DNA of 57,401 nt, the filler included, from Sphacelaria rigidula (Eukaryota), in assembly GCA_964200075.2 (NCBI GenBank). It is 6 parts of 6 records of this genome, joined end to end, with 100 filler letters (N's around TTAATTAATTAA, not from the genome) between each part and the next. Parts side by side here need not be neighbours in the genome. Positions count along the whole stretch, not along the records: positions 9,585 to 19,068 come from CAXNAA020008382.1; positions 19,169 to 28,652 come from CAXNAA020008383.1; 4 more parts are not named here. One strand, written 5' to 3'. Below are positions 11,854 through 23,654 of the stretch, piece by piece. The stretch's first letter is position 1. Every line of letters starts with the position of its first letter. The notes under the pieces were generated by a model, which did not search any database, was not told the origin of the DNA, and saw only the letters and a list, made by a program, of their open reading frames with translations. The translations under genes were made by a program, and so were the position numbers.

Positions 11854-14800
11854 ATGGACCATCATCATCATCACACCCTTCGTCATGAAGGCCGAAGCTC
11901 TCAGTTTCTGGCGACTCCCCCTACGGCCTTCGCAGCAGCACGAATACCACACGGTGTCCGTTACACAACCACAACAACCATTAAACATGTGAAACGGACG
12001 GTAGCCGTGGCCGCCAGCAGCACCGACCAGGTGGACCGTGCTCCTGTGTGGGAGTACGATGGCACACAACCAGATCCCGGTAGTAGCAGTGGCAGGAGGT
12101 CTTCATCTGGTGGCTTTAGCAGTGAACGTGTTGATGGTGATGGCGGCGGTCGCCACAGACGTGGTAACAGCGCCCGAAACCGGCAGAGCCCCAGCGAGGG
12201 CGGAGGATACGTGAGCTTCGACTCCGACACCGGCGGCGCAGTATGGAAGTATGACGGCGCCCAAGGCCCTGGCCTCGGCAGCTTTGCAGGCAGCGAAAAC
12301 GACGAACGCCGCGATGGCCGCCGCATGGATAGCAGTAGCTTCAGCAGTGGGCAAGGTCGGGGCAGAGGTAGAGGCGGCCGCGACAGCAACGGCCGCTACG
12401 GGGGAGCGAACAGGAGAGACGGCGATGGAGGGCGCCGGAGCGGCGGACGGTGGTTTTCAGATGCGAACAGTTCCGGCGGGTGGGGGGGCGGTGGTGGTAG
12501 AGGTGCTGGTGGTGGGGATGGTGGGCGGTTTAAAGGAGAGGGGGGGACACGCGGGGGTAGACAAGGTCGAGGACGGCGTAGCGATGGAAAAGATGGAGGG
12601 AAGCGAGGACTCCACTCTGAAAGTGTGAGCATGAGCTGGCTAGCAGAAACACATCAATTTCCTACCTTGACTCGCGTAGCACAATTTGGCGAAGGAATTT
12701 CACGTGTGAGACAGACTTGCGTATTTAGCGGCTATCAGCTGATCAAAATCGTTGAACTCGAGCCCGCTTTGTCCAATTACCTGTGTCATGGCTGCTTGTG
12801 TGTGCGTTCCACGCGTTCTGTACTCGGGAGTGGTCGGTTTTACCTGACTGTTCAAGATGAAGAGGCGTAGGATGTGTTACACGCTCCACGTGCGCTGTCG
12901 GCAGACAGACAGAAGGGGACCAACAACGAGCCGAAATTGTGCTTATCTCACGGCCAACTTTATGCAGGACCTGTTCAACGGCTGCCGCAGGATGATGAAC
13001 ATGGCTGCCGCTACATCCCTGGCATGCAATACTGTGGCGGGCCTGCGTCGAGTACCCACAATGCGACCACAACATATCCGCCCCGTGCACAAGTCCACAA
13101 GCCCACAATCTCCTAGGGTGTATATCTAATCTGTAATTTGCCGCACTTGACGGTCTTCCAAAACCACCTCGTACCGCGTACGTCGCACAGGTCAGGCAGG
13201 GGAAGGAGCTAGCAAGTAGAATCAAGGAGCAGGGCCAGAAACGCGACTGGAAGGGCATTTTGGAATCGCTAGACAAGGGGCCCAAGAACGCCATCGTATG
13301 CACGTAAGCTGAATTGCACGGCAAACAGAGCAAATAGTAAAAGGTCCCTCTTGTTGTTTATGCACGTGCTTCTCGTGTGCGGCCGGCGCTACTCTGATTC
13401 CTTCTTTCTCCCCCACCCCCCCCCCGCCGCCCGCCCCACCAGCCGCTAGCGGCTCCCACCGCGACACAACGAGGCNNNNNNNNNNGCCCTCCCCTTGTTC
13501 CCCCCCCCCCCCCCCCCGTAATGAGCGCCGGAAGGTTGAAGGTGTCTCTAATAGGAGTAGGAACGGTGCTCCGTCTCGAAAGGGATGCGTGATTCGAACG
13601 ACTAAGGCAAGCAACAAATGAGTACGCCCCCCCCTCCACGGGGGTTGGCGTCGGTTAGTAATGACGCTGTAAAACACGCCACTCACTGAGTAAGCTAGGT
13701 AACCAGATTGCCGGTTTTATCGCGCGCTCACGTTTCCTCTGCGTCACCCACGATGGTGGTGGAGCTATAACATGTTGTGCGGGGTGGGAGAACCTCATTT
13801 ACGCGCAAAGGGGATGATCATACTATGTAGTGTTCGAATGGTGAGACGCCCGTGAGGCAGCGTGTATCCCATGGCTGTCTCTGGTAGGGGCGATATCAGC
13901 AAATGAAGCATCTCATTGAAGGCGGTCATCAATACGCAAGATAATCGGAATGCATCGGGCGGAACAAGTTTAAGAGGATGCAGCTCACCCTTCATGCGAC
14001 TCACCAAATACATCACGGCACTGCATGCTTGACGATTGATTGCGATCCGGGTCCGGCGAAAACGCGGCGTGCCCCGTCCCGGCTTTGTAGGGATGCGAGG
14101 TCATGAGTATCCCCCCCCCCTCCCCCCCTCCCTCCTTCTCAGTTGCCCGCACTTTTTCCTGTTCATCTTTTCGGTTGACGTTATGAGTCGCTTCGGTTAT
14201 TTTAGTAAAAACAAATCATGGAAAGCACCTGGCTGAGCGTACTGTCTATATGTATCCTCATAAGCCAACGAAAATCGAGAGAATTCCCTCAAATGCTGCC
14301 TTGAATGACCCAAAATTAGTCGTGTACGAAACACCCTCATTCTCCGACCTTTTCTACACGTATTACATGCCTGTCACACAGAGTGTGGCGTCCGGTCTTT
14401 CCTGTTAGTACTAGTGCATTCATTCTCATTTGATGTTTCATGTAAGTTCTTCACTGTCTAGTATCACCATGTAGATGAGAGTGCTGCGCAGTCGTTCCTC
14501 TCAGCCCCACCGTCTGTGGGTTGCCTGACATGTCTGCGTCTCCAGTGTCGCCATCACGGCCTTGGGCAAAATCGGGAAGTGGCATCTCGCGTTGGACATT
14601 TTGAACGACATGGGCGTGAGGGGAGATGGCACAGACAAGCCCAGGGCCGATGCCTTCCTCTACGCCGCAGCTATCACAGCTTGCGGGAAATATGGAAGGC
14701 CAGTGGAGGTAAATGACATCATGCCTATATCATTGTGGGTATGTGGCACTTTCCGTCACAGCACACGCAGGTGAACCGTCGTTGCTGTTTTTCGTGGACT

Positions 14801-17800
14801 CACGACAACATGAGCTGAAAGAGATGAACACCTGGACCCTACTCTTCGCCCCAGACAACCATCCGTATGCCCCGCACTGCCACAATCAACGGAACACTGG
14901 TCACGGCTTGCTTTCTGCTACGTCATCTCAGCTTCCCTGTCTTGCGTCCTCATTCCCCCCTAACCGCAAAAATACTCGCCAACACCGCAAACTATATTCT
15001 GCACCGTGGCCCCCGACCTTCTCGGACTCTACCCTATATCGCACATGAGAAGGCCGTAGCACTGCTAGAGCAGATGGGAGAACGCTGCATCCAGCCGGAT
15101 GAGGTTTGCTACGGTGCCACCATTGCAGCCCTCAGCGAGGTAGCCGGTAAGCAGACCCGAAGCACTTGGGGAGCGGGCACCAAAGAAGCCACCCCGGTCC
15201 AGGCGGGTCCCAAGGAAACTTCCTGGGGAAGCAAGAGGGAAGGTGGGGCTGTGACCCATGCTGACCGCGCGCCCGGAGAGCATGATGGTGATATCGTCCC
15301 TACGCGAGCCCACGAGAAGGCTGTGGCGTTGATCGAGCGGATGCGCCGCGACGGGCCGAGGTATTTTTCGTAGCAATTGATGAGTATTCTGGTATATGCT
15401 TTTTGTTTTGTTTTTTTATGGAGTAACGAAACGAGCGCGTTGATCCCTTGGGTATGATTCTGTACTCTACGTGGTGAATGTCGCTTGCGACCGAGCCTAT
15501 CGAACGCGTCTCGTGCGCAAACGCTTTGAATGTCGAGGCAGGCTGTGTTTTGTCACTTTGACAAAAAACATGCACAGAGGCGTGCGTCTCGAAGCACGGC
15601 CATACCCGATTCAATTGTTTTGGCGGTATCCGTTTTCCGCATTTCCCATTCACCCTGTTTGCCCACGTATCTTTCCCTTGTCGTATGTTTGTTGTTGTCG
15701 CGTTTGCATGTTTCTGCTTCTGGCGTCGGAATGCTATTCCTTTTTGCGATGGTCTTATACATATGGGAACAATACACGCTAATGAATGGAAATGGTCTTC
15801 GAGGGAACAGTCCCAACGAACAGTGCTACGCGTCGGCCATGACGGCCTGCGCAAGGGCCCTCCAACCTCTGGCGGCCATCAGGTTACTCGCCGCCATGAA
15901 GCAGGACGGAGTGTCCCCGAACTTGATTGCGTTGAACGCTGCCGTGGATGCATGTGGGAAGGTGACACGGCCGATGGTATCCGACAATGACAAGAAATCG
16001 CGAGCGAAGTTTGCGCGTTATTTCGATCTTGTGTTTGAGTGTTACTACAGACTCTTGCAAGGCGACCTCTACACGGTGTAATTGCACATGGAGCGTGTAT
16101 GTATTGTTATTTCTTGTCTCTCGCATCGCATTGAGCATACGACAGTGGAGGAGCATCGAGAAATGCACGTTACTACACAAAACCCCACACAACAACAAAC
16201 AACAACCAAAAAAAAAAAAAACAAAAAAACAAANNNNNNNNNNTGGTTGTGTTTGGGTCTCGCTCGCGGTAAGCGCATGCGCGGGGGGGGAAGACGGGTG
16301 AATTTCGTTTTCTCCCCCCCCCCCCCCCCCCCTCTCCCAGAGTAAGTTGCTGCTCTAGTTGAACCTCCGTCTTATGCAGAGCACTGCGAATACCCCACAC
16401 CCATTGTTGAGTTGACCTTAGCCCCGTGGGCGTGAGAAACCATTTGGAACAACTTACTCGGCCGATTTTCAACGCCGATAATTCGACGCAACAGATAAGC
16501 AGCACCTTCATTGGTTGTGAGCACCATCTGCAAATAACAACGTACTGCATATATGTGCCGTCGCTCGCACCCCCGACTCATGGATATCGTTTCACCAAGA
16601 GCAGCAGAACTGTCATAGCTGTAGTGATCCACCTCGGATCTGTCCGAGAGAATTTCTCACACGAGCGGTTAACGTCACCGAAATAAATTCACAACGAGAA
16701 CGATTGAACCCACTTTGCTACACTGATACGACTCCTTGTTGCTCTCTCTTATCCTCCCCACGACTACAGGGCGGTGCTACAGACGAAGCTGTTCGTCTTA
16801 TGCGAGTCATGGAGAAAGCTTACGGCGTAAAGCCCGACCAAATCACGTACAACACTGCCATTTCCGCACTAACCAAGGCAGGCCGGTCCGCGGAAGCAAG
16901 GTAGGCAAGGTGGCGAGTTATTCCAAATCAGACATTGAACCAGATTTAACATGTTCGGTAGATCCGAGCAGGGGACAGCAGCTTGTGCATTTTATTTTGT
17001 TGTACTGGCAACCGCCGTGTGCTCGGCTCGTATTTTCCGCGCCGCAATGATCGAGTACCTCCTCTTTGTCTCTTTCCCTCTTTACCCTTGTTGTTTTCAC
17101 CTGCTGTGGTCATTTCCTCATCGTACTAGGCAATTGTTGGAAGAAATGCCTTCGAAGGGGCTGAGACCAAATAGGATCAGCTACGCGGCGGCCATGCAGG
17201 TACATGGTTTCTTGTTCGATCAAACTCTAGTGGCACCACCAACCGACGGGAGAGCGTTGGTAGCGCTGTAGCCACCGCTGCAAGTGCCCTTTTCACTGCT
17301 GTCGGCATGTTCGTTGTCAAATAAGTCACACAAGCAGTTATTTGTGGCAACACTGCCTGCTCTGACACGGGTAAATTGTTGAATGAATCATTTTCCGCCC
17401 AGATCGCAACTTTCCAGCTTGTCGAGTCGACCAGTAACTCAACTCGTTCTTCGAGCTACATCCGGTTTCCCCTTGGTCCCCCTCCCCGTTCAGAGTGTAA
17501 TTTACGTTTGTAATGTGGAAAATAATTACACCCGACCGCAAGGGCTTCGCAACAGCCGACGACCCTCGCAACGCGTCCAAGCTCACGGAGCAGATGAAAG
17601 AGGATGGGATTGAAATGGACGTGGTCAACTACGGTGTCGCCATCGGCGCGTGCGCCAAGAGCGCGGACTTGAAGGGAGCGATGAAGCTCTTGAAGGTGAA
17701 ACCATGCCCCCCCCTAATCGCCCACTTTGTCAATTAATAGCTAGGTATGCTTTATCTCCATAGTTGAACATTTTCCTTTTTTTGTTGTGCCTCTTGAGCA

Positions 17801-18306
17801 CGCGATAATGTTTTCTTCTCCTGAAATGAAGATCTGTGAAGACGACGGCCATCCAGAGCATCAAGGTGATGGCTGGTTTCATAAAGCAGGCCTTGAAGTT
17901 TATTCTGAAGACTGCAGGTATGATATAGCTCGTTTCAGAAACCAGTTCTTGAAAACTATGTTGAAGAGCGCAGGTATGTAGCTGCTTTCGGGAACCAGTT
18001 CTTGAAAATATGTTGAATTATGCAGAAATAACTGGTTTCGAAAACCAGGTCCAAACACCTCACATGTAGATTTTTGCCTCGGTCCCAATTATACCTTTCT
18101 TGGGGAAGGGGCTACCGCAGCACTATTCTCACACATTTCCACTCGTTTTTTTCTCATAACCAACTTCAACATTTGCACGTATCAGGAAATGCAAGCTGCC
18201 GGGTTGGAGGCGAACGTCGTGGTGTACAACACGGTACTCGATGCGTGCGCGCGAGCCGGCAATCCTAGGATGGCCAAGCAGCTCATCCAAGAGATGGCCG
18301 AATCAG
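11854..18306 (+). CDS. Pentatricopeptide-repeat (P-type PPR) protein, partial, multi-exon, with Gly/Arg-rich N-terminus
   Basis: Phase-consistent GT-AG exons: 11854-12624, 13191-13303, 14546-14708, 15053-15360, 15811-15961, 16770-16900, 17130-17199, 17543-17695, 18186-18306. Spliced product has repeated PPR motifs, e.g. DAFLYAAAITACGKYGRPVEAVALLEQMGERCIQP, PNEQCYASAMTACAR, PDQITYNTAISALTKAG, NVVVYNTVLDACARAG. 3' end lost at the contig end (19068). Confidence 0.93.
13518..13634 (+). mobile_element. 5'-truncated non-LTR 3' end with poly(C) tail, in PPR intron 2
   Basis: Reads RNERRKVEGVSNRSRNGAPSRKGCVIRTTKASNK*, then GTACG and C8. Preceded by a C-run at 13499-13517. Confidence 0.75.
13645..14130 (+). 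mobile_element. About 470-bp interspersed repeat, copy 1, ending ATGAGTAT(C)n
   Basis: Clearly homologous along its length to 18577-19068 (AATGACGCTGTAAAACACGCC; GGGGTGGGAGAACCTCATTTACGCGCAA; GATTGCGATCCGGGTCCGGCGAAAAC). Confidence 0.8.
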
Positions 18307-18576
18307 GTCAGGACATGGACAATAATTACTGCTTCACGCATCATGACAGGGAATAAGCAAACAGGAGAACAGCAATCTTGTTTGAAGATTGAGTGCGTGT
18401 TGTTCTCAGTGAGTCAGACAGAAGCAAAAAGAGAGGATGACATCGGGTGCCCAACGCCTCATTCGTGAAACTGCTTCGAAATCTTCGGGTCCGAGCGACT
18501 TGTCTCTGCATTGACGACCGCACGGCCCCCATACCCGCCCCCGGGGCGAGTGCTTCCCCCCGAACCCCCTATTGGC

Positions 18577-19068
18577 TTGGTGTCTGCTGGAAATGACGCT
18601 GTAAAACACGCCTCTCACTGCGCAAGCTAGGCAACCAGGTTGCCGTTTTTTTGCGCGCCCACTTTATTTCTGTGGCGGCCATGATGGTGGTCGAGCTAAA
18701 ACATATTATGCGGGGTGGGAGAACCTCATTTACGCGCAAGGGGGATGATCATACCATGTAATGTTTGGATTTTGAGACATCCATGAGGCAGTGTTCAAGC
18801 CATGGCTGCCTCTGGAAGTGGCGGTACCAGAAAATGACGCAACTCATTTGAGGCTTTCATCCGTATGCAAGATAATCTGTACGCTTCGGGCGGAGCAATC
18901 TTGAAAGGATGCAGCTCACCCTTCGTGCGACCCACCAGGCACATCACGGCGCTTTCCGCTTGGTGATTGATTGCGATCCGGGTCCGGCGAAAACCCGGCG
19001 TGCTCCATCTCGCTTTTGTAGGGATGCGAGGTCAATGGTCACATGACGACGGCACGCGAGATCATGAG
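18577..19068 (+). mobile_element. About 490-bp interspersed repeat, copy 2 (runs into the contig end)
   Basis: Homologous to 13645-14110. Ends GGGATGCGAGGTCAATGGTCA..CATGAG, nearly identical to the LINE 3' end on the minus strand at about 98-118. Confidence 0.8.
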
Positions 19069-19168
19069 NNNNNNNNNNNNNNNNNNNNNNNNNNNNNNNN
19101 NNNNNNNNNNNNTTAATTAATTAANNNNNNNNNNNNNNNNNNNNNNNNNNNNNNNNNNNNNNNNNNNN
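19069..19168. other. Artificial contig-join linker
   Basis: N run with TTAATTAATTAA at 19113-19124. Confidence 0.97.
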
Positions 19169-19235
19169 CGTCGATCCTGAGGTGTTTTGAACTACGTCGC
19201 GGTCCTCTAAGCACGCGGTCCTCTCACGCATTACA
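19169..19235. mobile_element. Right end of a TGTAATG..CATTACA MITE (partial, cut by the contig start)
   Basis: CGGTCCTCTAAGCACGCGGTCCTCTCACGCATTACA matches the ends of the copies at 27152-27356 and 27771-27981. Confidence 0.85.
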
Positions 19236-19281
19236 CCCACTTTAGCATATTGAACCGACGGGCGACCGAGGCACATCTTAC

Positions 19282-22200
19282 CATGAAAACGCCCTTCGTA
19301 GCCCACTCCACGATGTGGTGCACCCACGCCCACGAGCCCAGGTCGAACCACCCGATGGAAAAGAACACGTGCAACTCTTCGAGACCTGTAGCGGCATCCT
19401 TGTACTCCATCATGGCCACGCCAGGGAAGCCGTCGCTTGTGATCGGTGTTCCAGATCCATCGAGGTACCTTGTGCAAAAACAGGACACAAGAGACATGCA
19501 CAAACGGGGGGCAGGAGATGCGTTCGATTTCCGAGTTACCTTGCATTTGTTGCCTGCATCTCGACTGCAACTCCACAGTGACCAAATGATCTAAAGTTTG
19601 CGCACGGTGCGGGAAAACCTTCACCTGTCCCAGGATACACATCAACCCGTCCTGCGATTATTATGAGCGTTACTTTCAAATTTAGATTCAAGATAACCGA
19701 GGGTCACTTTCTCGAGAAACTGACAAATCCACTCGGCAAAATGTGGAGTGAAAGGGAGATGGGCAGCAACGGGTTGTCAGATCCACATCCTCTGACACAG
19801 CTCATTCGAGGTCTCGTCAGCTGCTGCCAAGCCACACATTTCGACCTCGGGTCGCTCCTCATGAGGATCGAAAAATAAAGTACGACTACTGTAACGAAAA
19901 CTATTCGTCGGATACCTTGCTTTCTCGAACCCTTTCTAAAAACATGGCCGACGTGATTGCCATATCCCTTAACTGCTGCGTGCGTATGGAGGAGTGTTGG
20001 GCTACAGCAAATTCTAAATCAAAAACGAGTTTCAAAGGCGGGGAAAGTTCTCGTTCTCAATTTTCCTCAAAAGCAATGCCCGACAAGAAGTGATGTTGGA
20101 GAGTATTTTCCGAAAATACCGAGAAAAACGAAACAGGCTGTTCCCTTCATATCACACCTTCATGGTAAGAGGTGGACCACTGACTGCCAAATACGCCATC
20201 CAGGGTGTACTTCATTGTTTTGGTGCTCAGTATATGCGTGATGGGGACGTTCTGCGTATTGCAGCGTATGCCTCTGCCTTCGCCCAAGCAAACGACCGTG
20301 ATATCGCATATCGCTTCGGTACTCACTCGGCGATGGGGGTGGTATTAGGCGTAGCTCCCGTGATGCGAATGGGTCGGGTGAAGAGGTTGTTCATATTAGG
20401 GTCTGTCTGCAGGCCAGAGTTCACGATCCTCGCGCCGGCGCCACCCTCAGCTGTCAGAGAAGGTGTCAAAAAATGCGCAATCAACATCATGCATGGGTAT
20501 GGATGAGAACACGTGCGGAGGAGAATGCCACAGCACAGTGACGGGAATGCACTGTACGTGACGCGAGATACTTCGGCACAATAGAGGCACACACCGACTG
20601 GCGCAAATGCATAGAAATGAGATGTAGGGACTCTGGAATCGCCGCCCATGATGCAAACACTGGAAAAAGGAATGAAAACCAAGAAAGACAAGACGGTCTC
20701 ATGATGTGTTTTCAAAAACCATCTCGAGCATTTCTCCCCGAGGGACACAGGTTTCACGCACCGGTCAGCCTGATGGCGGAAGGCGACGCGAAGTTCCCCT
20801 GCCAGTTCGCCTCAATCCCAAGCTTCGTCGTAAAGTCGGAATGCGCCGACGTTTCAGAAACGTCAAGGTACACAATACGAGCCTTAAACGTGGAGGAGTA
20901 CTCGGACAGAGTGGCGAACTGGGCATCTGTCGCCGGTATTCCTACGTACACGGCGTTGCACCTTCCGTGAGTGGGGTTGATCGTCATCTCCGTCAGAAGG
21001 TCGTCCCCAGGGGACGCAACAATGATGACCTGCGACGCAGTTCACGACAATGTATGGTCACAGAACTTTGAGCGCTAGATTGGGGCAGGGCTTGATAGCA
21101 GGTGGGATATTGTATGGGCCACGAGCGCGGTTCAGTAATCGTACAAAATAGAATGCAGTACGAATACGTTCGTGATGTCGAGTGCCGTTGCGATCTTGTG
21201 TAACGGGATAATCAAGTGGAGAGCTCCATAAAATGACGTTATCGGACACATACGTGCAGCTGACGTTAAACTGGTGGAAGGGCGGGTTCCGGTCGACTCG
21301 TGACTGTGTGCCCGTTTGAAGCCAGGGCGACATGTTTAGTTCAACAATCTCCGGTGGGTGACCGTGGGGTATCGTATCAGGCATAGTACACTACACACCC
21401 CATGTCTTTCGATCGCAAACCAACGAAGTAATGCTACGGTGCACAGTTCATCGTGGCAACTCCCGATGTCACTGCATCGCAAACCGCCAACTCCGGATGT
21501 CACTGCAGACGGTAACGCAAGCACCGCACAAGCATGCGCGGCATCATGGTGCACGTTCCAATGAAGTTCGGTGTGGTGCCACGAAAACACACCGCGTACG
21601 AGGAGCATATTCAAAACACTGGAGGGTAGACCTGCCGTGATCGTGTGCTTACCGGAGGGCCCGACCAGTACCCCTTGTAGAATATCTCCATCATGTACGG
21701 ACCCGCGGTGAACTCAGTCTGGTGGGTCGAAAAGCGCATGCATTAGACAATACACGTCAGACGAGTAACACGGGCGAAACCAAAGAGCGCAAATGCATGA
21801 CGCACGACACTATTTCAGAACACTTGCCACAATACGACACGCTTGCGATAGAATCTGCACGATTCAGCACGAGGTCGACCATGCCAGGGGATTATCTTGC
21901 TTGCTATTATTGGCATAAGGTAATGGCCCCATCAGGCTCGGAAACTTTGGAAACCTTATGTTCTCGGCTAGACATATCGGCATTATGGCGGCTACACCTC
22001 GTTCGCAAATATTTCTTTACTTCATTCCGCGATGCAGATAACCTTGGCACGTGAACATATCAACAAGTGCCACGAGAGGTTGAGGTGACTGCCGCACGGG
22101 CGGGTCCAACTTGACGTTTTTCAGGGTATACGAGATTTGACATTGTTCACTACGTGTACGAACTCACGATTGTCTCAGGGGTGAGGATGCAGGGTACCAG

Positions 22201-23607
22201 ATCCACAAGCACCGTAGCTCCCATCAAATTGGCTGGAGTAGGTGAGGAAGGAAGATCATCGGGAGCTGGGGGGGTAGTTTTGACGACGGATATGTGGGGA
22301 AATAGGTGGAGCGACGGCGGGGGCGAACGGAATGTCAGATGGGCGTACTACTGAAGCTGCGAGTGGGGATGAGCCGTGCCCCCGCGGGAAGAGCGGACCT
22401 CGATGTGCTCGAAAACCCGCGTAATACCAGTCGTTTGATCGGCAGTTTTCGTACCGTCAAGCGTTTCCTGTTGTCAGTCTTACCCCCGATGCTGTAGATG
22501 TTCATGGCGTTACCGCCGCCGCAGATCGTGTTAGCATCACCGGAACACGCCTTGGTGCACGCGGTAGACGGACCGTGCTTATCGATGTCGCTCGAGGCAG
22601 GTCCACACCAGCACTGCAAGAGTAGCACATCGTGGAGGGAGAAAATGCAAACAACCCATTCAGAGTAGAGAACAAGATTGTTCGGAAACAATAACGGCAG
22701 GTTAACTCCTCCTGGGCTATGCATAAGCGGTGATTGTTCAGGGAACAGGGTGGACACTGAATCCACACCACCGACATCCGGTACACATACGGCTTTAACA
22801 TCGACGTTTCACTGGGTGAGACAGGTGATGAGTAGCCCAGCGCTGAAACAAACGAGGTGAACAAGGAGCGGACTACACAAGATACATCTCGCTCTTGTGT
22901 ATTGCTCTCGCCCATAAATACTCGCCCGAAACTGAGGCCCGCCTCATGTGGCTAGTACCAGGAAAACCGAAACGCCGCGGCGAAAACGATGAAGCAAACA
23001 GGAGAGACCATGCAACCCCGCCTCTTATCGCTCTGAAACCCTACGTAATTACGCGGGTACTCTACCGGAAGGTACTCGCTAACAGAGCTAGAAGGCGCGG
23101 AACAAAAGCTTTCATACCGTCAAAGGTGCGAGAACCAAGATCAAGACAGAAAGGACACGCCACTCCGACAGCGTATCATCGCACCTCGTTTCCGTATTGC
23201 ACGCCGTAGTAAGAGTGTGTAGCGTCGGCCTCGCAGAGAGCCTTGCAGCTCTATCGTACGTGGCGAGCAACAGAGACGCGAACATGGATATAAAAAAACA
23301 TGATTGAATGTGGAGCTGGTACGCAGCAATATGAGTGACGAGTATACACGGCGACATGGTCTACTTGGGGACGTCGCCCGTTTGTCGTCGACAACAAAAC
23401 GAGCCGGGTCACACTCATGTCGCAAACTTTCGGGCTGCACCACCACAACCCCTCTTGTTGCAAACTCGCGGTCTTTACCACGATGATCCCCCTTCTGTTC
23501 TTGCTGGTCTCAGTTTGTTGACCTCATCCCCCTCTCTTGAGCGAAAAGATAACATACGGAAAATTCGATTGCGTGTCAACAGCACTCGTGATGCCCAACA
23601 GTGTACT

Positions 23608-23654
<47 letters not shown>

